64,000 bases of DNA from Eledone cirrhosa (GCA_964016885.1 OZ024742.1:196168001-196232000), one strand, 5' to 3'; numbered from the stretch's first letter, positions 27,860 to 40,999 are shown. Numbers and translations are program-made. Notes: generated from the sequence alone by a model not told the origin.

Positions 27860-29983
27860 TGTAGCGGTTGTCTCCCTTGTTTTGATTAGGATCTAGACGG
27901 GAAGTGGAACCCTTTCTGCAACTTCCGGTCAGAGCCCTATAGAACTGGCAACGTTGGGCTTCCTTCCTCTCTCTTTGCCTTTTCGGCACCAGGTCGGGAG
28001 TCTTCTCATTTGGCTCTGCCATTAATTTGGCCAACAGGCGCCTGGCTAAGGCCAGGCGCCCTCTGCCAGCCGCGTTTGCCTGGCAATCAAAACGGTAACT
28101 ACTAACTTTGTTTCATTCTAACATCTATCTTTGACATGTCAAGTATTCTATCTACCGTTAATTAAATATTATATACACAAACATTGTCTCGTTTTGTTAC
28201 ATTCATACAACCAGTAATCCTCGCTATATTGGTAACCCTGACGTGATACGAACACGCAGCCGTTCATCGCTATAAGTGGTCACCCCCAAAAAAAGAAAAA
28301 AATAGCACATCTGGTTTTGTGAGTAACATTACGAATACACAGCAAATTTAGCGACAAACTATGAAAATACTCAAGGACACGCACACACGCACATGTGGAA
28401 TTCGCACAGACATACTTTTTCTCTCACGCATCAATTAACTGTCGCATTTCACCAATATATATATATATATGTTTCTCGTTTCTTACAACGAACACTTTCA
28501 AAACAAAAAAAAAAAAACATTTCACGATATATATATATGTTTCTCGTTTCTTACAACGAACTCTTTCAAAACACACACACAAAAAAAAAAAAAAAGAAAT
28601 TTGATATTCTTTAAAAAACATTTCAACAGGAACATTTATTTTCGATGAACCATTGCCTTTTGTTCTTCGTTTTCTTCATCGTTCAAGTTTTTTTTTTTTT
28701 TTTTTTTTTTTTCCCAAAAGTTCACACCTATGCTGATTGAAGCCTTTCTTTTTCATCATTGTCACTTTCAAAATTGCACTATCATTTTCTCGCGCGTTAG
28801 AAATATTTTTTTTCAACCTTGTATTGGCACGTGTAGGCACCATAAATTCTCGATTCACTGAGATGTCTCTTACTCACAGACAGCCGCACGCCATTTATCA
28901 CCAGGGATTCTTCAGCCTTAAGCTATATTCTTCTATTTGCCGGTTTATAAATTTACAATGTAAATTTACCGTTGATAACCGCGCATTTATTAAGAATGCT
29001 TATTTCTCTGGTCGCTGGCCTCTTGACCCTTCCAGGTCAACGCATTCTCAACATCGACCATCAACTTCGGCTGCTATTTCTAGCACTTTGCGCAACTCAT
29101 TTTTTTCTAAAAAAAAATTTTTTTACTGTGAATTTAAACACCGAATACGCTCACTCAGCGAGACAACAGCAGCAGCAACAGCAATATAACAGCAACAGCA
29201 ATACATCAACACAGCTTCACCAAAGCCAGAGAATTTATTTTTGCAGCACTCTTCCTGTGAGAAAATCCATTCGGAGGTTGGAAATTTCACGATGTACCAC
29301 AGAACAGAAACCACCTGCATTCATTCTCTGGAACACACTTTCTTTCCTGCTGTCATGTGATTGCACACCTGTGAACTATATTTTGAACTTTGAGCTCTTT
29401 TATTACTTTTACTTTATTACATTGTATCTTTGGGTGATGGATAGATGGATGTCCAGTCGTTCTCTGGCCAAGAGCGGTTGGCTACCTTGATATCTATCAT
29501 TGATTTTTCCAAACATTCTTTTGTCGTAATTTTCATGCCTGTTACAACATTCTCGCCAACTTGCTACATATTTTCATTTCGATTTTTATACACTAAAATT
29601 CTGGCGGGAGGTTATGTAGCGGTTGTCTCCCTTGTTTTGATTAGGATCTAGACGGGAAGTGGAACCCTTTCTGCAACTTCCGGTCAGAGCCCTATAGAAC
29701 TGGCAACGTTGGGCTTCCTTCCTCTCTCTTTGCCTTTTCGGCACCAGGTCGGGAGTCTTCTCATTTGGCTCTGCCATTAATTTGGCCAACAGGCGCCTGG
29801 CTAAGGCCAGGCGCCCTCTGCCAGCCGCGTTTGCCTGGCAATCAAAACGGTAACTACTAACTTTGTTTCATTCTAACATCTATCTTTGACATGTCAAGTA
29901 TTCTATCTACCGTTAATTAAATATTATATACACAAACATTGTCTCGTTTTGTTACATTCATACAACCAGTAATCCTCGCTATA
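27860..29983 (+). mobile_element. Young non-autonomous LTR retrotransposon (TRIM/LARD-like, 2124 bp)
   Basis: 369-bp LTRs at 27860-28228 and 29615-29983 look identical by eye, with TGTAGCG...CGCTATA ends. TGCC TSD at 27856-59 and 29984-87. PBS follows the 5' LTR and a purine tract GGCGGGAGG precedes the 3' LTR. No gag or pol recognisable. Confidence 0.93.
28230..28247 (+). promoter_or_regulatory. Primer-binding site complementary to the tRNA-Trp 3' end
   Basis: TGGTAACCCTGACGTGAT versus TGGTGACCCCGACGTGAT (reverse complement of recalled metazoan tRNA-Trp 3' end), 16/18 match, 1 nt after the LTR. Confidence 0.8.
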
Positions 29984-31259
29984 TGCCCATACAGTAATGA
30001 GTAGACACTCTTTTGACTCTCCTATCATTCTCTTGACCTAGCATAACATCCAGGATGGGACATCTGGAAAAAGAGAGAGAGAGAGAGATAGCTGCTACCT
30101 TCTTTATTGCCCCTGAAGGAAGGCAAATTGGAACTTGGCAGGATTTGAACAAAGATTGCAGAGATGCAGAAGAAATATCCAGTGCTCTAATGACCCTGTC
30201 TGAGAAAACTATCATCTTCATTTATGCTGTTTTCCCTGTTAACAAGGTTTGGATGGGTCTTCACAGACAGAGTCAGTACTTAAGCAGAACTCCTGACCCC
30301 CTCAGATGGGCTTGGGACCCACTTCTCACATATGATCCTACACTTTACCAAGTGCATTTTATCATGACACCAGCACTAGGGAGTTTGTCATATCTTTGAC
30401 ACAACTGGATGCTCTCCTTATAACCAATCACTTTACAGCATGTACTTGGTGCATTTACCATATAGATCACCAAGAGAGTTTGTTGTGTGCTTAATGATCC
30501 TCTAGACTCACATTGGCATGGTTTCTACAGTGAGGTGCATGGGGATGGAAAAAGTAGCCACTGAGGACTTTAGAAGGGGGATGTAGTGATGATGTGAATA
30601 GCAAAGGAGTGAGAATGGAGGCCACATGGATGGGGTGGTTGACTACACCATCCACACCTCCCACAACTATTCCTGCATAAGTATTCTCATTACAACTACT
30701 CCTCACACCTTGTACTGTCACAAGTCATCCCTTCCTGTCAAATCACACCACACTTGCCATAAACCCATAACTTCATAACTATCTCACTTCTCCTCTCATC
30801 CCCCACCATCAAATCCCACAGAGCAGGGAGGGCTCTTCTGTCAGAACAATGATCAACAACTTCTCTAGTATTTGTGCTACGAAAATGCACCCAGAACACT
30901 CTGTAAGGTGGTTGGCAACAAGAAGGGTACCCCCGCTATAGAAATCATGCTTAAAATGGTTGAGAGGACCCTTCAGTTGTGTTGACATTCCAAAAAACTC
31001 TCTAGTATTGGTGATCTACATGATAAACGTACCCAGCACACACTGTAAAGTGATTAGTGATAGGAACGGCATCCAGCCATTACTACATTAAAGTCTGGGG
31101 TGGATGCATTTTATCATGGCACCAACACTATCAAATTATATTTATATATATACCAGACGGAATTATTTCTTTTATCATTCACTCTCATCTGGGAATGGTT
31201 TTGTATGGCGTCAGTTTGTGATTTGAACTCGGGAATTTTATATTCTCCGAGTGAGAAGA

Positions 31260-31341
31260 GCCTTCTGAAGATGGTTCCTTTCTCAATGGAAGTCTGCTTG
31301 GATTATCCATTTATTCTGGAACTTGAAACCGCGGTAAAGGC
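31260..31341 (+). ncRNA. Type I hammerhead ribozyme with palindromic stem III, in a ~250-bp Penelope pLTR-like element (31150-31400)
   Basis: GCCTT-CTGAAGA-T-GGTTCC...GGAACT-T-GAAA-CCGCG-GTA-AAGGC. Stem I GCCTT/AAGGC, stem II extended by AATGGA/TCCATT, stem III palindrome ACCGCGGT, cleavage triplet GUA ending at 31336. Confidence 0.8.
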
Positions 31342-31649
31342 ATATAATAAATTTTTTTAAATTTATTTTAAAATTTTTTCTCTATTTGTTAGACCTTGAT
31401 TTTATATATATATATATAGGCAAGTCAGGCCAGTTGGCCATAACTTGCTCAAATGGAACTGTATTTTGGCCAGCATGCAGCTGTAAAAATACCAGCAATG
31501 CCACTTCGGATTCCTCATCCAGTTTCTCCCTCAGTTCATCCAAGCTTTACCATTCTCTCATATTTACATTTGCACACACACACACATATAATACTGGGTG
31601 ATTATATTTTGTGTGGTGTGGCTTTGACTAGATTAGCATGTTGTATAGT

Positions 31650-31975
31650 AAAGGCGCGTGGCTTTGTAGTTAGGATATTTGGCTCACAATTGTAAGGTCA
31701 CGAGTTCAATTCCCGGTGGTGCATTGTGTCCTTGAGCAAGACACTTTATTTCACATTGCTCCAGTCCACTCAGCTGGCAAGAATGAGTTGTACCTGTAAT
31801 TCGAAGGACCAACCTTATCATATTTTGTGTCACACTGAATCTTCCAGAGAACTACGTTAAGTGTATGCGTGACTGTGGAATGCTCAGCCACTTGCACGTT
31901 AATTTCACGGGCAGGCTCTTCCATTGATCGGATCAATTAGAACACTCGTCGTCGTAACTGACTGATTGTCAGTTA
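31650..31975 (+). mobile_element. tRNA-headed SINE with the family A centre and a distinct long tail
   Basis: gagttcaattccc B box followed by ccttgagcaagacactttatttcacattgctccagtccactcagctgg. Confidence 0.75.
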
Positions 31976-32205
31976 GTTCATGTTGTATATGGTTGTGTAA
32001 GAAAAAAACTATAAATTATATATATTGTATCAGGTTTCTGATACTGTTTGGACTAAGAGCCCTGCTGGAAGGTCTCTGGTACATAGGGTTTTTCTGTTGT
32101 GGCTCTAATTTTAATCTTATTTTGTGTGGTGTATTTTTGGCTAGTTTAAACTTGTATTTTGATGTAGAGTAAGTAGTGTAAAAAAAAAATCAATCATATC
32201 ATCAT

Positions 32206-32240
<35 letters not shown>

Positions 32241-32987
32241 GTGAGAGAAAAGGTTAGTACTAGATGTTATACAGAAAAGAAAAGTATGATATGTAGAGAA
32301 GAGAAATCCAAATAAATCTGTGTAGACAGTGTTCTAAAAATAGAATTGTTTGCTGCTGCAGCTGGTAGTGCTGGTGCTGCTCCATTTTAATACCTGACAA
32401 ATTTCACAGCATATAATCACAAATCATAACGAATTCTCGACAGCTCTAACACTAAAGCAATTATATACTGCAAGAAGAATATTCTTGTTCTAATAGAGCT
32501 AAGTGTATATGTATGCATGTGTATGTGTGAGTGTCTGTGTGAGTGTTACTAGTTAATACTGTTAAGACCATTATTCATCTTATTGCCATCAAAACAGTTT
32601 AAGCTTTACCATCAGCTATCTTATGCTATAATATATATATGTATATATATATATCCATATGTTGGTGATGGCTGAGAGAAAAGAGTACTCAAAACCAAAA
32701 TTTGCCAACACTACACTTGATATTTCCTCTCCATAGAAACACACATGTATGCGTGTGTGTGCACGTATATATCATGACTCATACACTGTTCACTTTCCTG
32801 ACATTTGCACATTATTCTATGTACTATACATGCATCTTTGATGAGTTATCATTATTCATTTATTAAGGCTAAATAGTGAGTCTTGTTACTCTGGAGTTTC
32901 GCCTGTTCACAAGGTCAACAGACATGACCCTGTTATAAACAGGCGAAACTCCAAAGTAATAAGACACTAATTAGCCTTAAAAAATGA

Positions 32988-33076
<89 letters not shown>

Positions 33077-34538
33077 CACATATATATATATATATTATTA
33101 AACACACTGGGTTTAATGAACTTTTCCTTATCCAAAATTATTTGCCTTGTGCCTAAATCAGAAATCTTTTAGCTCAACAAGAATCTCATTTCACTTCACT
33201 TTGGAGATCACCAGGGGCTAATGTTTGCCCCAAACCCTAAATTCATATTTTGCAAGTTGACCATATAATTTTTTATAAGTTACCATTGGTAATAGTGAGG
33301 TTAAGTTAAAGAAAATATTGTGATGATTTTCAATATGCAGAATACAAATTGTAGGCATTTGGACAAACATTAGCTCCTAATGATCAACAGATTGGAGTGT
33401 AATGAGGGGGTTTTTCTTGAGATAAAATCTATAACAACAATACATACATATGCACACACATTCCTTCCCTAGTTTCACTAATATTAACCTGAGAATGGAT
33501 TTCAGTAGTTATTGTGTCATTCTCTATTAAATAACTAAGACTTTTTTTTACAGGTGTACACACAAACACAACTGGCTTCTCCATTTTTAACTGGTGTAAA
33601 CACACACATACAGAACTGGTTTCTCCACAGATTTCATCAGACTAAATCTAGTCATCAAGTTTCAAAACATTGGTTAACTCAATACTTGGTTGTCCAGTGA
33701 ACAGACAGAAAACCATGTAGTTTTGAAGAGAATTTCTCAACCACACAACCATGCCTGCCTGCAAGCACATGCGCGCGTGTGCGTGTTGTTAAAGACGTGG
33801 CTACATTCCAGTTTCAATTTTTTTTATGAGAAACACCTCATATTCTCTAACACACTTCTTAAGTCCATAATTTCATTGATGTGTCCAGACCCTCAGAGTG
33901 CCATCATCAGGAGTACTGTTGGCTTAATTTTGGTTACTGCCTCTTTAGTTGTCAGCATATGTATTTTATAAGTAAAACATAACACAAAAGCATCACATCA
34001 AACCATAAGATAGCAGTAATAATATATTACTAAAACTCAAACAAACTCCTCATTAACAATAAACTAAAACCATGCAAACAAAAGGACAAGGTATCCACAC
34101 ATATCTACCTATCTTATCTATGGCGGGTAAAATTCCCGAGATAATACCCACACACACATATATACACTTTATATGGAAAATATATATACACATACAAAAA
34201 CACACACATATATATATATATGCACACGCACACAAATATATATACAATACATACATACACACATATATATACACACATATACATATCTATGTATATACAC
34301 ACATATGTATGTATATATAAATGTATGTTGACGCCGTGTATTCATTCAACACTATATATATATATATATTGGTGAATGTATCATATTGTATAATAAGTGT
34401 GAATGATGTCAGTGATTAAGTGTAGTATTGAGTAACAGAGAGAGGGAAAAGAGGAAATAGTGGTGAGACTGATATATAAAGAGAACCTTTGACACAACTA
34501 ATCACAAACAAGGCGTGGCTTTAACTAACTTTTCACAC

Positions 34539-34570
<32 letters not shown>

Positions 34571-34747
34571 ATGACTCTAAACACCAGTGCATATAACATA
34601 CAGTTAGCCAATTCTAATTATTTTTCCTGCAGTTGGTATTTTACCCATCTCTATACCCATTCTGCATCTCCCCATGCATTAAGTACTCCCATGATTAGTG
34701 GTCTCCTCGGTCTTAACACTGCAGACTCTCTCATATATATATATAAT

Positions 34748-34945
34748 CATCATCATCATTTTACGCCCGCTTTTCCCTCCTTGCAAGGGTGGGACAGGTG
34801 CTATTCAGCACAGCATCTCTCCACTTGTCACGGTCCTTCGTCATCTCTTCCGTGAGTTTCAGCGATCTGAGGTCTGCTCTCACCACCTCTGTCCATGTTT
34901 TTCGTGGTCTTCCTCTACTGCGTCTTCCTTCTACTGGGATTTCTT
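34748..34945 (-). mobile_element. 3' end of a second RTE subfamily
   Basis: Minus-strand peptide GRPRKTWTEVVRADLRSLKLTEEMTKDRDKWR followed by a (gat)n tail. Similar relic at ~41000-41165. Confidence 0.7.
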
Positions 34946-34964
34946 ATATATATATATATATATA

Positions 34965-35283
34965 TGGTAAAGACCCCCTTTGGTCATGAATGACCATGGG
35001 ATTTGTACTTAGAAAATTCTTCTTTGAGGTACAAGACTGGGCAAAGTTGTTTGTGGAAGAACAGCAGTTGCCTATGCATACTTGTCTTCCCTTTCCATGC
35101 CACCGATGTTGTCAAAGCGAAAGGCAATGACTGCTACAGCTTAGCAACTAATTCCTACATTGGAGTAACACAAAATAAAATGTCTTGCTCAAGGACACAA
35201 TGCATCACATGGTCCAAGAATCAAATTCAGAACCTACCAATTGCAAGCCCCACGCTCTAACCACTAAGCCATGCATCTTCACA
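34965..35283 (-). mobile_element. tRNA-headed SINE variant
   Basis: Minus-strand head gtgaagatgcatggcttagtggttagagc and centre tccttgagcaagaca. Confidence 0.65.
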
Positions 35284-35452
35284 AATATCAAAATAAGGGG
35301 ACACATAACAAGGACAATTCAAAAACACAGCAATCAGTCAACTTTTGGCAATCACACAACCAGCTGTTTCAGATGCATCTCCTCAAAGAAATTTGAAATG
35401 AAAAAGTTTGTGAACTGATGTTTTATCTGTTATGGTGACACAAGATGTTTAA

Positions 35453-35901
35453 CCCTTTCATGGGTGCATTTCTAATGAAATACATTATTTCAATTAAGTA
35501 ACGATGAATTTTAATGGAAGTACTAAAATTATTAATTATTTCATTACTAATATAGAAACTTAATGTAAGGTTCTTATATGAAATTATGTTGGAAGATTTT
35601 AATTTAAATTGGAAACCTTTAACCCTTTAGCATTTACATTATATATACTATTGCATTTTCACAGTAAAGGCTTTACCACATATAATTATCTCACATGATA
35701 TTGAATCTATGAGATTTTTATATTATTTATTTTGAAAACAATACCTTACAATCAGTATGAGCAGTTGGTTATGGCCAGTCTGAACAGAAAGGGGTGAGAG
35801 AATTCTGGCCGAATATGGCCAATTTGAATGCTAAGGGTTAAAATGGGTGGCTTTATTTTATAGAACCAGAGCTAGTTTTGGCTGAGTTGGTCACAAAAGG
35901 G
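35453..35901. mobile_element. piggyBac-type MITE with a second piggyBac-type MITE (35623-35837) nested at an internal TTAA
   Basis: Outer element TTAA|CCCTTT...AAAGGG|TTAA. Inner element TTAA|CCCTTTAGCATT...AATGCTAAGGG|TTAA. Confidence 0.75.
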
Positions 35902-36579
35902 TTAAACCATCCAGTCGATGTAAATATGATTACAGAATTGCATTGTACTGTCTGTTCGAGAGTTGAGAGTTACTTGTTTGTAAGCTATGCGCTGAGTATC
36001 TGATGTCACTACAGGGTCAATGTGTATATCATTACAGAACCTTTACTCCTTGTGTGAGGTTCAAGCAGAGATTAACCTTCTGGAGGCTCCAGGTGCATTA
36101 AGTCACTAATAGAGTAATCTCCCCTTAATACATAATGCAGTGTCAAGAGAAATAATTCATAAAAATTTCTAGTGCGTTAAAGGTTAAACAGAGGTGTTCA
36201 TCTGCTCCATATATTGATTGGTATGTCGCCAATTTGAGAGTGAAGGCTGTCCACCCTGCACGTGTGCAGGGCTAGGTGGAGCTAAGGTGGTTCTTGTTAG
36301 ATGTCAAGGACCAGTGGCTTGAAGTTTCTCCAGTGACAGCAAAGCATTAAGTTTGTTTTCCTGTACCAACAAACATAGTTAGGCTGTTCCTCCTAGACAA
36401 CACTAGAAGACTGTCCAAACAGACGTAAACCCTTCAACTCTCATAATGTTATGGTTAGCTACTCCTGTCCAGATAGTATCAGTGCTAACAATGCACAATT
36501 TAACTTTAAAACACACAGACACCAGTCTCAATATAGTATGTGTGTGTATGAGAGAGGGAGGAGAAGAAGAAGAAATTAA

Positions 36580-36885
36580 CCCTTTTATGGCTTTACTTCT
36601 AATAAAATACTGTATTTCAATTAATTAATGAAGAATTTACAAACATTTATTAATTATTTTGTTACTAAGATACTAACTTAATATAAGGTTATCATATAAA
36701 ATTATGTTGGAAGATTTTAATTTAAATAGAAACCCTTTAAATGAGTGATTTTGTTTCATAGAAGCAGAACTGTAGGTTTTGGGTAGGTTGGTTTCAAAAG
36801 GGTTAAATAAAAACCTTTTAAAATGAGTGGTTATGTTTAATAGAAGTAGAACTGGTTTGGGGTGGGTTAGTGTCAAAAGGGTTAA
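36580..36885. mobile_element. piggyBac-type MITE of the outer family with a duplicated 3' end
   Basis: TTAA|CCCTTTT start. aaagggttaa ends at ~36805 and ~36885. Related relics near 6960, 7440 and 53730. Confidence 0.6.
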
Positions 36886-37440
36886 ATAGAAACTCTTTAA
36901 AATGGAAGGTTATGTTTCATCTATGACACATAACTGGTTTTGAGTGGGGTGGTTATGAAAAGATAAAGAATAATGAATGAAATTGATAATAATTATTAAC
37001 TAAAGAGTTAATAGTGGTGTGATGAATTGATACAACTCGGGAGAGGGAGAAGGCAGAGAGGGTGGGGGGAGGAGTGGGAGGTTAAAATAGTTAAACATTG
37101 CTCTTGATAGTCTCAATAGTTCAACAACGTTTCATCTAGAACTAAACTGGCTTATGTAGTTTTCGATTACTGGGTAGCAGATCAACTGACACCTATTAAC
37201 ATCATCATTATCACCATTTAACATGCATTTTTCCACAACAGCATGAGTTAGATGAGTTGTCTAGATGTGAGCCAAGCCAAATCAGATGAGCATGCCTTGC
37301 TCACACTGCACCGATTTTGGCTTGGTTTCTACAGCTGGATGCCCTTCTTAATGTCAACCACATTTATAGTGTGGACTGGGTCCTTTTTGTCATGACACTT
37401 ACATGACCATGACTATATATACATATATATATATATATAT

Positions 37441-37570
37441 ATAGGAACGAGTAGGACCCCCGACGGCTGAGCTCAGGCCATATCGACGGCTAATTCTGGA
37501 CTGAATTACCGTCCAGAATTAGCCGTCGATACGGCTTGAGCTCAGCCGTCGGGGTCCTACTCGTTCCTAT
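37441..37570. repeat. Near-perfect 60-bp-arm inverted repeat at the end of a short element in (TA)n
   Basis: ataggaacgagtaggacccc...ctgga / tccag...ggggtcctactcgttcctat. A fragment of the same family lies at ~8752-8790. Confidence 0.85.
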
Positions 37571-37661
37571 TACCCACTCTACTACCCTAAGTATTGAGTA
37601 CTTTGGTGCGTTATGGTCCACCTGGTTCCTTACCACATTTCCTCCGTTATATATATATACA

Positions 37662-38048
37662 GAGGGCACATGGCTTAGTGGTTAGAGCATTGGCCTTGCA
37701 ATCAAAAGGTTGTGAGTTCAATTCTCAGACCAGGTGATGTGTTGTTTCCTTGAGCAAGACACTTTATTTCACATTGCTCCAGTTTACTCAGCTGTAGAAA
37801 TGAGATATGACTGGGATCTCTATCATTCCACTGCAAAGTGGTCGTGGAGATGCCACGGCAAAAAAGCACCCAGCCAACACCGTAAAGTGGACGTGTATGC
37901 ACCACGAAAAATAAAAAAGCACCCAGCACTCACTGTAAATGAGGTTTGTGTTAGGAAGGGCATCTAGCTGTAGAAATCAAGCCAGAATCAGTTCCCGTCC
38001 AACCCTTGCGAGCAGGGAAAAGCGGATGTAAAATGATTATGATGATGA
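37662..38048 (+). mobile_element. SINE family A copy with one extra ~50-bp internal unit
   Basis: Same head, centre and tail as 43706-44047. Confidence 0.85.
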
Positions 38049-39099
38049 TATACACACACACACACATACATACACACACACACATACACACAGACATATT
38101 TATACAATCACGCATACATTTTGGACAATTTCAGAATGTAGAACATACTCTGGATGTGGTATTTGGGTTTTAGGTTAGAGGATAGACTTAGCTGATTTAA
38201 CACATCTACTATCATCATCATCTAACATCTATTTCCCTATTAGTAAAGATTGAATAGGACATCACAGGCCAACTAAGTACTTAATCAGGACCCTCCACCT
38301 CACAGTTTTTCTGGGGATTGCATCTAGCTTGCATACATTCCTGCACTATACAGAGTGTCATAGGTGCATTTTATCATGGCACCAACAGAAGGGAGGTTGT
38401 CATGCCTTGGATACAAATGAAAATTCCCCCTGACTCACTGGTATTTTTTCTACTGCTGGATGCCCTTCCTTTCACCAACCACATTACATACAGAGTGGGT
38501 GCATTTTATCATGGCACCAACACTATATATATATATCCACACACCACCCCAAGCTGTTTACAACATGCAACATAGAAACTAAGATCGCATACATAAACAT
38601 ACAAAAATAAATAACATATTTATACATAGAAACAATGTAATATGACAGCTGCAGCCACGTGATGCCTGTCACCCCTGTATCAGTAATTGATGTAGGTTTG
38701 TTTGTCACTATACTGGGAGTGTTCTATGTAACATGATTAGTTTTACTTTATGTCAAGTACGGAATGTATCTGATAGATCAAATTGAGTTGCTTGAGTTCA
38801 TGGACGGTGTTGGTTTTGATGTAGATTTATTTGCTTTCAAATTAAAACAATTAACAGCCTGGTAGTAATAATAATAAACACAAAGACCAAAATCCAGAGA
38901 GGAAGTTTGTATATATATATATATATATATACGCATAAACCCATGCAAGCGTGGAAGATGGATGTTAAACGATGATGATGATGATGATGACGTATATACA
39001 AACCCATAGAGCAAATATTTATTATTAGCACAGGCGAAAGCATAAATCATTTGCTTAAACTTTTAATCTGTGCTAATAATATATATATGTATGTATATA

Positions 39100-39292
39100 T
39101 AATTGTTTCTACTTTTGGCACAAGGCCAGCAATTATCCTAGTGTATTACTGGTACGTTATTTTATCGACCCCGTAAGGATGAAAGGCAAAGTTAACCTCG
39201 GCGGGATTTGAACACAGACCATAGAGGTTCGTAACTCTTTGCTGCAAAGCATGGCGTCAGAGCCTCTGCCGATACTGCCAATCCACTGCCCA
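39100..39292 (-). mobile_element. SINE family B copy
   Basis: Reverse complement of the consensus. Confidence 0.85.
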
Positions 39293-39760
39293 ATATATAT
39301 ATAATGACTTCTACAGGACTAGAGCTGCTTCATTTGTACGAAATCATCATATCAACTGAAACACCTATAAATAACCAAAACTGACCAACTTTATCTGATA
39401 TTCCTGATGATTTCATATGAATGAAACAGTTCTAGTCCAGTAGAAGTCATTTCTACATATATATAATAACAAAACCTATACACTACCAATGTATTGAGTA
39501 CCTTTTTTAACTGTGGTTACCCTGACACAACTTGGGAATCTACACATATATATATAGGAGAGAATATATGAAAAGAACATGATTTTTCATTACAGGGTAT
39601 TTTTACCACCAGAGTGAAAGACATATAAAATGTGAAAGGTATGAGAAAAACAAAATATCCTGTAATGAAAAAGTATGTTCTTTTCATGTATTCTCTCCTA
39701 TATATTTTGAAGAGCCCGGATCATTTTCCTTGAGCTCATTATATTACAGGGAACAACGCG

Positions 39761-39821
<61 letters not shown>

Positions 39822-40135
39822 CGTGAGTGTGTGCATGCGCATGTACTTATGTTCTAAATTCACTGCAATATCTGAAGGCCACAAAATAGGTACTATTCCA
39901 TCGTTGAAGTTATATCATTGACACAACGCAACAAGGAAATTAAAAACAATCTTGTTCCTTGTGGGTGACAGGAGGAGCAAGAAGGAAGAGTAGGAGGAGG
40001 CAGGTGAAAGGGAGGAGGTAGAAGAGGGTCTTGTGGAGGTGCAGTGGGAGGAGCTGAAAATAGGAATCTAAGCAAATTGATTGAAGTAATTGGTAGGGTG
40101 TGGCAAGTAAGATGTACTTGATGTATTAAGTGGAT

Positions 40136-40166
<31 letters not shown>

Positions 40167-40195
40167 CATATGTGTGTGTGTGTATATATATATAC

Positions 40196-40249
<54 letters not shown>

Positions 40250-40283
40250 TATATATATACATATATATACACATTATATATAT

Positions 40284-40316
<33 letters not shown>

Positions 40317-40939
40317 CATATCATCATCACTAGTTAAAGTCTATTTTCTATGCTTACATGGGTTAGACAGTTGTCGTGTGCAGAGGCCAGACTGCTAAGG
40401 TGACTAGGTCATCCTCATACACTTTGTTTTGTTTTGGTTTCTATGGCTAGATGCCCTTCCTATATACATACATAGGTATATACACACGTTATACTTTTGG
40501 ATGATCATGCTGCCAATAAAAAACAGACGCACCTGTTGGTTTTCACTTCAATTTATTCAACTGGAAATTTATAATAAATTGAAGTGAAACCAACAGGTGT
40601 GTGTGTTTTTATTGGCAGCATGACCCTAACAAAGTATATCAGTTTCAATACACATTTTGAGATAAGAATACTTGCAAAACAAATTCAAAAACAAAATATA
40701 TATATATATATACACACACACGTATATGCATATAAAACATTTAGTTTACTATTTTACAGATGAACAGTGGTGATGTGATGGGGGTGGAACAGCCACTGAC
40801 CTCAGTGGTGGTCTGTAAGGTCCTAAGGCAGAATTTGAACTCAGAGCACAAACCACCAGAAGAGATGCTACAAAACATCTTGTCCAACTATTTTTCATCA
40901 TCATCATCATTTAACATCTCTACTTTATATCTAGCATTT

Positions 40940-40999
<60 letters not shown>

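Noticed and set aside
28737-29490. 150-aa and 172-aa ORFs inside the LTR element as gag/env
   Set aside because: Non-ATG starts, low complexity, and no zinc knuckle, protease, RT or integrase motifs.
27807-29789. Duplicated ORF MAKLMAEPNEKTPDLV as a gene duplication
   Set aside because: It is the antisense reading of the two LTRs.
37662-37740. tRNA gene
   Set aside because: tRNA-like A/B boxes continue directly into the SINE body, with no proper acceptor stem or terminator. The same applies to the other SINE heads.
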